From Armatimonadota bacterium (GTDB lineage Bacteria; Armatimonadota; Zipacnadia; Zipacnadales; UBA5352): 29,766 nucleotides of DNA. Made by a program: the position numbers and the translations under genes. Positions 16,808-24,288 of this stretch are shown one piece after another (the stretch's first letter is position 1; each line of letters begins with the position of its first letter). The notes under the pieces were generated by a model. That model did not search any database and had not been told where the DNA came from. It saw nothing but the letters and a program-made list of their open reading frames with translations. Location: the NCBI GenBank assembly GCA_034722055.1, contig JAYENL010000196.1, positions 1 through 29,766 of the forward strand, given 5' to 3'.

Positions 16808-18641
16808 TGTCAGCCGCTCGGTCCTCCGGTGTGAGCACCGGCTCGGCCTGCCGCTCGACCTGGTGCGCGCGGTAGAGCCGGGCGTAGAGCCCGCCGCGGG
16901 CCAGCAGCTCCTCGTGGGTGCCGCTCTCGACGATCCGTCCGCTGTCGAGGACGATGATGCGGTCGGCGTCGCGGATGGTGGAGAGCCGATGCGCGATGAT
17001 GATGGATGTGCGTCCGTGCAGGATGCGCTCCAGGGCCCGATGGATGGCCATCTCACTCTCGGTGTCCACCGATGAGGTGGCCTCATCGAGAATCATGATG
17101 CGTGGGTCGCGCAGCACTGCGCGGGCGATGGCGACGCGCTGGCGCTGGCCGCCGGAGAGCTGCATCCCGCGCTCTCCGACCGCGGTGTCGTAGCCGTCGG
17201 GAAGCTGCATGATGAAGTCATGGGCGTTGGCGGCCTTGGCGGCCTCGACGATCTCCTCATCGGAGGCGCCGGGCCGGCCGTAGAGGATGTTCTCACGCAC
17301 ACTGCCGCCGAACAGGAGTGTCTCCTGAGGAACGATGCTCATGTGCCGCCGCAGTTGCTGCGGGTCCACCTGCCCGATGTCTATCCCGTCGATGAGCACC
17401 CTTCCGCGGGTGGGATCGTAGAGGCGGGGGATGAGGTTGGCGATGGTGGTCTTGCCGGCCCCGCTGGGGCCCGCGAAGGCCACCACCTCACCGGGCTGGA
17501 TCTCCAGGCTGATGTCACTGAGCGCCGGGGAGCGCCCCGTGTAGGAGAAGTGGACCCCCTCGAAGCTAATGCGGCCCTCGACGCTGTCCATCTGGACGGG
17601 ATCATCGACCACCGGGAGCCGCTCCTGCACCTCCAGCAGCTCGCGGTGCCGGCTGGCGGCGGCCCCCGCCTGCTGCAGCGCCAGGTTCAGGCGCGAGACG
17701 CGGTTGACGGAGCTGGCGACCGCCTGCATCAGCACGATGACGGCGAAGAGGTCGCCGCCGGTCATCTGTCCCGCGATGATTTGCCGCGCTCCCAGCACCA
17801 GCAGGGCCACGATGCCGAGTCCGCCGGCGACTCCCACCAGCGGCGAGTTCATCGCCCGCACCAGCGCCGTCTTCATCTCGGTGTCCATCACGGTGCGGTT
17901 GTCCCCATCGAAGCGCTCCGTGATCTGGCGCTGGATGCCGAAGATCTTCACCACGCGCACCGCCGCCAGTCCCTCGTGCAGCGAGGTGGTCAGCTCACCC
18001 AACCGCTCCTGCACCCGGCGGGCCAGAGAGCGGACGCGGCGGCCCAGGACGATAGTGAGGCCGGCCGCCAGAGGGATGATGATCACCAGGCTGAGGGTCA
18101 GGTAGGCGGAGGCCCGCCACATCTCCCAGACGCCGACCACAACAGCCACCGGCGCTGCGACGAGGTTCATGAGGTTGGGGCCGAGCGTGCGCTGCAGGAT
18201 CATGGTGTCGTTGTTGACCCGGGAGATGATCTCGCCGAGGCGCTGGCGATCGTAGAACGACATTGACAGGCTCTGGAGGTGCTCGAAGAGGGCCTTGCGC
18301 AGCTCGTACAGGAGGTGCTGACTGACGTACTCGGTGCTGTAGAGGGCCAGGCCGTTAGCCAGAGCCGCCGCGACCAGGAAGGCGAAGAGGATGGCGGCGG
18401 CACGCATGACCCGCGTGTGGACCTCCTCAGGAGCAAGCTGCTCCAGCTTCGGGCCTTGCGCCGGCCCCTCGGCCGTGGCCCCGCCAACGGCGGTGCCGGG
18501 GAAGATCTCGTCCACCACGCCCTTGACCCGAGCCAGGGCCACGGGCAGGAGCATGCCGGCGGCGATCATGAGGATGACCGCCAGCACGACGGCCTTCCGG
18601 TAGGGCCGGAGGAACTTGGTGAGATACAGCAGGTCCCTCAT
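16800..18641 (-). CDS. msbA: MsbA-like lipid A ABC exporter (fused TMD-NBD)
   Basis: N-terminal transmembrane domain, GPSGAGKT, LSGGQRQR, ILDEATS, IIAHRLST; MsbA call rests on the position between lpxB and waaA/lpxK. Confidence 0.85.
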   Translation of the reverse strand: MRDLLYLTKFLRPYRKAVVLAVILMIAAGMLLPVALARVKGVVDEIFPGTAVGGATAEGPAQGPKLEQLAPEEVHTRVMRAAAILFAFLVAAALANGLALYSTEYVSQHLLYELRKALFEHLQSLSMSFYDRQRLGEIISRVNNDTMILQRTLGPNLMNLVAAPVAVVVGVWEMWRASAYLTLSLVIIIPLAAGLTIVLGRRVRSLARRVQERLGELTTSLHEGLAAVRVVKIFGIQRQITERFDGDNRTVMDTEMKTALVRAMNSPLVGVAGGLGIVALLVLGARQIIAGQMTGGDLFAVIVLMQAVASSVNRVSRLNLALQQAGAAASRHRELLEVQERLPVVDDPVQMDSVEGRISFEGVHFSYTGRSPALSDISLEIQPGEVVAFAGPSGAGKTTIANLIPRLYDPTRGRVLIDGIDIGQVDPQQLRRHMSIVPQETLLFGGSVRENILYGRPGASDEEIVEAAKAANAHDFIMQLPDGYDTAVGERGMQLSGGQRQRVAIARAVLRDPRIMILDEATSSVDTESEMAIHRALERILHGRTSIIIAHRLSTIRDADRIIVLDSGRIVESGTHEELLARGGLYARLYRAHQVERQAEPVLTPEDRAADNG

Positions 18642-18645
18642 GCGA

Positions 18646-19278
18646 CTACTTCACCAACTCTATGAAGAACATCGCGGCCACGATCCAGGCGGAGATGATG
18701 TTCAGATGCTCGCCATTGTCGATGACCCGCTTCCAGCAGAAGCTGCCATTGCCGGTGCCGTTGGGTGGCTTCGGGAGCCACCGTGCCACCTGCCGGCAGT
18801 AGCGCTCGAACTTGGTGCCGAACTTCTCGCGCAGGAAGTCCTCCTCACAGGCGACTGTGGGGGCGTGAGTGGCCAGCCACAGGAGCAGGAGGATGGGCAC
18901 GGCGATGAGTCGTCCGGACATGAGGCCGAAGGCCACGACTACCAGGAGGTTGGCGAGATACAGCGGGTTGCGGCACCAGCCAAAAGGCCCGCCGGTGACC
19001 AGCGTCTTGTCCTTGTCCAGGTAGCCCGCACATATGAGGCGGATGAGGTAGGCGGCGGCCATGATGAATGCGCCGCACGCCAGCAGGGCCGGGGTGGGGC
19101 GCGCGAAGGCCACCAGGATGAAGGCCGCCAGCAGGCCCAGGAAGGTGCGGCGGCGCACCAGGAAGGCGCGCACGTGGGCCAGCATCCGGTGGTATCCCTC
19201 CGCGGCACTGGCCGCGGCATCGAGCGACCGCTGCGTGGCGACGTTTAGCTGGCTGTCAGTCTCCGCGTAGTTGGTCAT
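18646..19278 (-). CDS. Isoprenylcysteine carboxyl methyltransferase (ICMT/PEMT) family membrane methyltransferase
   Basis: LVTGGPFGWCRNPLY and EEDFLREKFGTKFERYCRQVARWLP signature segments; several TM helices. Start codon uncertain. Confidence 0.85.
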   Translation of the reverse strand: MTNYAETDSQLNVATQRSLDAAASAAEGYHRMLAHVRAFLVRRRTFLGLLAAFILVAFARPTPALLACGAFIMAAAYLIRLICAGYLDKDKTLVTGGPFGWCRNPLYLANLLVVVAFGLMSGRLIAVPILLLLWLATHAPTVACEEDFLREKFGTKFERYCRQVARWLPKPPNGTGNGSFCWKRVIDNGEHLNIISAWIVAAMFFIELVK

Positions 19279-20440
19279 CGCCCTCCACGTCAGTGCCCAT
19301 CATCTCAAACGCCATCGCTGCCACACGGTCGGAGACGCCCGGCTCCCCCAGCCGATGGCGCACTCGCGCCAACCCCTGAACCACCGCCTCTCGGCGACGC
19401 TCGTCGCCCAGGAGCTCCAAAACAGCCTCCGCGGTGCTCCCGGGCCGAGCCTGCCGGCCGACCAGCTCCGGAACGATCCGCTCGCCTGCGACTATGTTGG
19501 GCATTCCCACATGATCGACCCGGAACCTCCGAAGCAGCCTCTCCAGTCGCATCAGCCACGTGCCCCGGTAGATGATGACCATGGGGCAGAGGGCCGCGGC
19601 GGCCTCCAGAGTGGCGGTGCCCGCCGAGCTGACCACCACGTCCGCGGCGCGCACGATCTCCGTCACGCCCTCCAGCAGCAGCACGCGGTCCGCCAGGCCC
19701 GCTCTGCGCACCTGCCGCTCCAGGAGCCGCCTGGGGATCGAAGGCGCCACGGAGAGCACAAGGCCCACCTCGGGCACCTCCCGGGCGATACGCTTCGCAG
19801 CCCCCAGCATGACGGCGCCGTTGCAGCGGGCCTCCGCCGGGCGGCTGCCCGGGAGCATGCCCACCACCGGCACCTCGGGCCTCAGACCGAGGCTTTGGCG
19901 CAGGTGCGCACGCTCCTCGGCATGGGCAGGCTCGATGCGGTCCACCACCGGATGGCCGACCCAGCGGGCGTTGATGCCCGCCTCCCGGAGGCGCCCCTCC
20001 GACCACTGGAAGGGCGTGGCCACGCGGTCCACCAGTCCCGTCAGGGAGTGGTAGTCGGCATCGAGAGACCACGAGCGCGGCGGGAAGTAGTACAGGATCG
20101 GGCCGGGCAGCTCCCCGCGCAGCCTGCGGGCCAGTCGGACGTTGAAGGCCCCGAAGTCCATGAGAACCAGCAGGTCGGGGCGGAGTGAGACCAGATGGGC
20201 CGTGAGCTGGCGCATGCGGACCAGCAGCATGGGGACCCGCCGCAGCGACTCCACCACCCCGATGCCGCTCCATCCTGTGCTGTCGAAGCGCAGCTCGAAG
20301 CCGGCCTCACGCATTCTCCGCTGCCCGACGCCCAGCAGCCCGACCTGGCGCCGGCGCCGGAGGGCCTCGCCGAGCATGGCCGCGTGCTGATCGGCCGACG
20401 GCTCACCGGCGACTACGAAGACCTGCGGCGTGCGGTCCAT
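19256..20440 (-). CDS. lpxB: Lipid-A-disaccharide synthase
   Basis: VVAGEPSAD, MDFGAFN, WVGHP, LPGSR, AGTATLE, MPNIVAGERIVPEL. Confidence 0.93.
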   Translation of the reverse strand: MDRTPQVFVVAGEPSADQHAAMLGEALRRRRQVGLLGVGQRRMREAGFELRFDSTGWSGIGVVESLRRVPMLLVRMRQLTAHLVSLRPDLLVLMDFGAFNVRLARRLRGELPGPILYYFPPRSWSLDADYHSLTGLVDRVATPFQWSEGRLREAGINARWVGHPVVDRIEPAHAEERAHLRQSLGLRPEVPVVGMLPGSRPAEARCNGAVMLGAAKRIAREVPEVGLVLSVAPSIPRRLLERQVRRAGLADRVLLLEGVTEIVRAADVVVSSAGTATLEAAAALCPMVIIYRGTWLMRLERLLRRFRVDHVGMPNIVAGERIVPELVGRQARPGSTAEAVLELLGDERRREAVVQGLARVRHRLGEPGVSDRVAAMAFEMMGTDVEGDDQLRGD

Positions 20441-20468
20441 GTCCACGCTCGCCCCGCGCGCAGCGCCC

Positions 20469-21245
20469 TCAGTTCTCCTGCCGTCCCCGGCGCCCCTCGT
20501 CGATGCGCTCGATGAACTCCACGAACTCGCGAACCATCTCGGTGAGCGGGCCCTGCTGGCGCAGCGACGCGATGGCGTCGGAGGTGTTCTGGTCAGAGCG
20601 ATAGATGGTCCGGAAGGCCTGCCGCAGCGCCGCCTGGTCATCCTCGGCGACGTCGTGGCGGGCCAGGCCGATGGCGTTGATCCCCTGCAACTCGTTTCCC
20701 AACGCGGTGGTGAAGGGCGGGATGTCGCGGGTGACGCGGGACTGCCCCCCGATCATGCACATCCGACCGATGGTGACGTACTGGTGCAGGCCGGTGAAGC
20801 CGCCGATGACCACGCCATCGTGGATCACGCAGTGGCCGCTGATCCCGCTGAAGGAGGCGATCATGATGTCGCTGCCCATGCGCACGTTGTGCCCCAGATG
20901 CGAGTAGGCCATCAGGAAGTTGTCGTCGCCGACGATGGTCCTCTTCCCCGCACCGGTGGCGCGGTGAATGGTTACGTACTCCCGCAGGATGTTGTTGTCG
21001 CCGATCTCGACGAAGCTCTCCTCGCCGTCGAACTTGGCGTCCTGTGGGTCGGATCCGAGCACCACGCCGACGTCGAGGGTATTCCCCTTCCCGAGCGTGA
21101 CGTAAGGCTTTATGACGCAATAGGGGCCGATGCGCGTGCCGTCGCCGATCCGCACGCGATCGTGGACGATGGCGTAAGGCCCGACCTCCACGTCTCCACC
21201 CAGCTCCGCGCCGGCCTCGATGACTGCGGTTTCGTGAATCGCCAT
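20469..21245 (-). CDS. lpxA: UDP-N-acetylglucosamine O-acyltransferase
   Basis: IHETAVI, hexapeptide repeats, PQDAKF, REYVTIHRAT, MAYSHLGHN, LHQY, DIPPF. Confidence 0.96.
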   Translation of the reverse strand: MAIHETAVIEAGAELGGDVEVGPYAIVHDRVRIGDGTRIGPYCVIKPYVTLGKGNTLDVGVVLGSDPQDAKFDGEESFVEIGDNNILREYVTIHRATGAGKRTIVGDDNFLMAYSHLGHNVRMGSDIMIASFSGISGHCVIHDGVVIGGFTGLHQYVTIGRMCMIGGQSRVTRDIPPFTTALGNELQGINAIGLARHDVAEDDQAALRQAFRTIYRSDQNTSDAIASLRQQGPLTEMVREFVEFIERIDEGRRGRQEN

Positions 21246-21258
21246 GCCTTCCTCCAGG

Positions 21259-21714
21259 TCACTCAACCTCGGGGTGCTGCTCGGGCGCCCGTGCCAGCGC
21301 GAACATCAGCTCTGCCTCAGCGGCCACCTGATCGTCCACGGTAGCGACGCCCTTCACCTTGCCGATGCTGCCCTTGCGCCGGAGCATCTCCACCTCCAGA
21401 CGGATCTGGTCGCCTGGGATCACCTGCCGCCGAAAGCGGGCCTTGTCAACGCCGCCGAAGAGGGCGAGGCGGCTGTCATCGTGCTCCAGCTCGGCGTGCA
21501 GCAGCACTCCGCCGACCTGCGCCATGGCCTCCAGGATAAGCACGCCGGGCATGACGGGAGTCCCTGGCCAGTGGCCGGCGAACTGCGGCTCATTGGCGGT
21601 CACGTTCTTGATCCCTACGGCGCGCTGCCCAGGCTCAAGCTCCACGATCCTGTCCACCAGCAAAAAGGGGTAGCGGTGTGGGAGGATCTCCATGATGTCC
21701 TTGGCCTGAAGCAT
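21259..21714 (-). CDS. fabZ: 3-hydroxyacyl-ACP dehydratase
   Basis: [44 protein letters not shown] at 21714 after GGAGG. Confidence 0.97.
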   Translation of the reverse strand: MLQAKDIMEILPHRYPFLLVDRIVELEPGQRAVGIKNVTANEPQFAGHWPGTPVMPGVLILEAMAQVGGVLLHAELEHDDSRLALFGGVDKARFRRQVIPGDQIRLEVEMLRRKGSIGKVKGVATVDDQVAAEAELMFALARAPEQHPEVE

Positions 21715-21824
21715 CGGCAGGCGCCTCCAGTAAACACCTGGGCCGTCCCAGGCCCCACGGCCGGCATCTGCCAACACCGCGGTCCCACGACGGCCACTCA
21801 TGCCCGTCCGCGAAAGCCGCGGCG

Positions 21825-21854
21825 ATTATAGCAGAGCGCTCGAAGCACTGTCAA
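21825..21854 (-). promoter_or_regulatory. Consensus extended sigma70 promoter for the fabZ-lpx operon
   Basis: Minus strand TTGACA (21854-21849), 18-bp spacer ending in TGC, TATAAT (21830-21825). Confidence 0.88.
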
Positions 21855-21870
21855 ACCACAGACCCTGCCC

Positions 21871-22146
21871 GGCAGCATCCAGATTCATGTGCCTGTCCTC
21901 TGTACTGACGCCGCCGATGCCCGCGGAGGGGCCGCCTGAGGAGCGCATGCCCTTTATGCGCGACGAAGCCGGCCCGCAACCCCGAGACAGCGTCGCGAGG
22001 CGCTGCTCCGAACGGTGAACGGCCGGGCCGGCTTCGGCTCCAGCAAACCACGCTGGAGCCTCAGGCGGCCTCTCCTCTACTACCAGCGGCATTCCGACAG
22101 TCTGCTGCGCGGCCCTTGCGCTGGGCACACGAATCTGGATGCTGCG
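21871..22146 (+). mobile_element. MITE copy 2 (276 bp, longest) with degenerate 9-bp TSD
   Basis: GGCAGCATCCAGATTCATGTGCC ... GGCACACGAATCTGGATGCTGCG; flanks ACCCTGCCC (21862-21870) and GCCCTCCCC (22147-22155) match at 7/9. Confidence 0.9.
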
Positions 22147-22255
22147 GCCCTCCCCCCCCGGTGCGCACCTGGGCTGGGGGCGCCCCGCCCGCAGACGAGG
22201 ATTTGCAGATGCGCCCCCCGTCACAGATGGCATACTGGCGCCGAACTTCAGAGCG

Positions 22256-23269
22256 TTAGACCGTCGGTGGGCGAGGCGGTTGCGGCCTGGATGGCGGCGC
22301 TGCAGCGGTCTGCTCGTCGTGCGGGCGGCCGCGGTCGCGAAGGTGGTCGCGCAGCAGCCATCCGCCGGCCCCCAGGATGATAGCGATGGAGGCCACCTGG
22401 GCAACGGTCAGGGGCGCCAGCGGGGCAAAGATCTCTGCGCTGGCGCCGCGCCGGAAGTGCTCGATGGCGAAGCGGGCGACCGAGTAGAGCACGAAGTAGC
22501 TCAGCAGCAGGTGTCCGTCTCGGTGCAGGTGGCGGCGCAGAACCAGCAGGAGGGCGAAGATGAGGAGGCTGGCGGCGGCGGCGTAGAGCTGTGTGGGGTG
22601 CCGCGCCACCTGCCCGCCATCGACCGCCGGCAGGTGCACCCCCCATGGCATGGTGGTCGGCACGCCGTGGCAGCAGCCGTTGAGGAGGCAGCCCACCCTG
22701 GTGATGGCGTATCCCAGCGCTATGGACGGCGCCACCAGGTCGGCCACGCGCCAGAAGCCGATCCTCCGCCGCCCCAGGAACAGGGCGGCCGCCAGTATCC
22801 CGCCCAGCAGGCCGCCGTGGAAGCTCAGGCCGCCGCTCCATACCTCCCACGGCGCCCTGTGGCCCTGGGCGTACGTCTCCCACTGCAGGGCCACCGAGAG
22901 CGCCCGGGCGCCGATGACCGCGCCCACCAGGATGACGAGTGTGAGGTCGATGATGACGTCGGTGGTGAGCTGATCGTCACCGCGCGTGTCGTGCATCAGC
23001 CACAGCATGCCGGCGATGAAGCCCAGCATCAGCATGGTGCCCCACGCCCGGACCTGGATGGGCCCCCAGCGGCCCAGCATCCACCAGGCGGTCAGCCCGA
23101 TCGCTGCGCCCAGCGCCGCGATGCCCGCGATTCGCAGCGGGCGAGGCGCCATCCGCAGGCGCCGCTCCTCCACCACCTCCAGGAGGCCCCCCACCAGAGC
23201 CAGCGCCAGAGCCATGGCGGCCGCGGCCCAGGCCGGGAGCGGCCCGATCTCCAGCAGCACGGGATACAC
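22256..23269 (-). CDS. lgt: Prolipoprotein diacylglyceryl transferase
   Basis: (M)YPVL, GAVIGAR, GGLSFHGG, RVGCLLNGCCHG, HPTQLY, RFAIEHFR; GTG at 23269 after AGGAGGA. Confidence 0.9.
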   Translation of the reverse strand: MYPVLLEIGPLPAWAAAAMALALALVGGLLEVVEERRLRMAPRPLRIAGIAALGAAIGLTAWWMLGRWGPIQVRAWGTMLMLGFIAGMLWLMHDTRGDDQLTTDVIIDLTLVILVGAVIGARALSVALQWETYAQGHRAPWEVWSGGLSFHGGLLGGILAAALFLGRRRIGFWRVADLVAPSIALGYAITRVGCLLNGCCHGVPTTMPWGVHLPAVDGGQVARHPTQLYAAAASLLIFALLLVLRRHLHRDGHLLLSYFVLYSVARFAIEHFRRGASAEIFAPLAPLTVAQVASIAIILGAGGWLLRDHLRDRGRPHDEQTAAAPPSRPQPPRPPTV

Positions 23270-23273
23270 GGGT

Positions 23274-23774
23274 TCAGTCCTCCTCCTGATGGGAGGCACG
23301 GCGGGAGGCGGAGCCGGCGATGGTGGCGATGATCAGCAGTCCGGCGCCGACGGTGATGGCGATGTCGGCGATGTTGAAGATGGGCCAGAAGTGCAAGTCG
23401 ATGAAGTCAATGACGTAGCCCAGACGCAGGCGGTCGATGAGATTGCCCAGCGCGCCGCCGATGAGCAGGGCCACGGATACGGCCAGCAGTGGGCTGGCGG
23501 AGACGCGGTGTGCAACGAGGACCAGGACGGCAATGACGACGGCCGCCGTAGCCACCAGCAGGCTGGTGGCGGTCGGCAGCATGCCGAAGGCTCCACCGGT
23601 GTTCGTGGCCCAGGTGAGGCTGAGGTATGGCCCCAGCACGGGGACTGTGCCCACTGGCTTAAGGAGATGCACGGCGGCAAGCTTGGCAGCCTGGTCGGCC
23701 AGCAGGATGGCCGCCGCCGTGAGGTAGACCACCGGCGTGAGCCTGCGGGCCTCCGAGCCGGAGGCCGGGGTCAC
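23274..23774 (-). CDS. lspA: Signal peptidase II
   Basis: [35 protein letters not shown] start overlaps the upstream TGA. Confidence 0.96.
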   Translation of the reverse strand: MTPASGSEARRLTPVVYLTAAAILLADQAAKLAAVHLLKPVGTVPVLGPYLSLTWATNTGGAFGMLPTATSLLVATAAVVIAVLVLVAHRVSASPLLAVSVALLIGGALGNLIDRLRLGYVIDFIDLHFWPIFNIADIAITVGAGLLIIATIAGSASRRASHQEED

Positions 23775-24151
23775 CTTCCGGAGAGCCCGGCCCGGCATTC
23801 CTTGCAGAGAGTGGCCCATGGCAGGACACGCAGCCGCTTCTTCGTAATCGGCTTGCCGCAGTTGTCGCAGATTCCGTATGTGCCCTGCTCGATCTTCTCC
23901 AGAGCGGCGTTGACCTCATCGAGCTGCTCGCGCAACGACGCCCCCACCGCCATCGACTGGGCGCGATCCACGGTCTCCGTGGCGGCATCGCCGCCCGGCT
24001 CATCGAAGTCCTGACCGGCCTGCTCGGAGTGCAGTCGGTCGCGGCCGGCCGCCCTATCCTCGATGCGCTTGAGCTCGGACTGCAGCCGAGCCCGCTCCTC
24101 CTCCAGGGTCGCCTTGAACTTGTCTACGTCCAGCTTTCTCTTACGCGCCAC
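23771..24151 (-). CDS. TraR/DksA C4-type zinc finger protein
   Basis: Coiled coil with GDAATET tip; [22 protein letters not shown]. Confidence 0.92.
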   Translation of the reverse strand: MARKRKLDVDKFKATLEEERARLQSELKRIEDRAAGRDRLHSEQAGQDFDEPGGDAATETVDRAQSMAVGASLREQLDEVNAALEKIEQGTYGICDNCGKPITKKRLRVLPWATLCKECRAGLSGR

Positions 24152-24288
24152 CGTCGCTGACCTCCGATGCGCAATGGCCGGGCCGGCGGCAGTTTCTCCG
24201 GCCGGCCTGGACTACCTTCTCGGCGATGAACACCACCGCTTGGCGGAAGAGGCCTTGTCGCCCTCAACAGCCCTCGCTCCCCCGGTCC

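Noticed and set aside
21800..22404. Small ORFs over MITE copy 2 as a transposase or toxin gene
   Set aside because: No DDE or HUH motifs, and frames are not preserved across the three copies because of indels.
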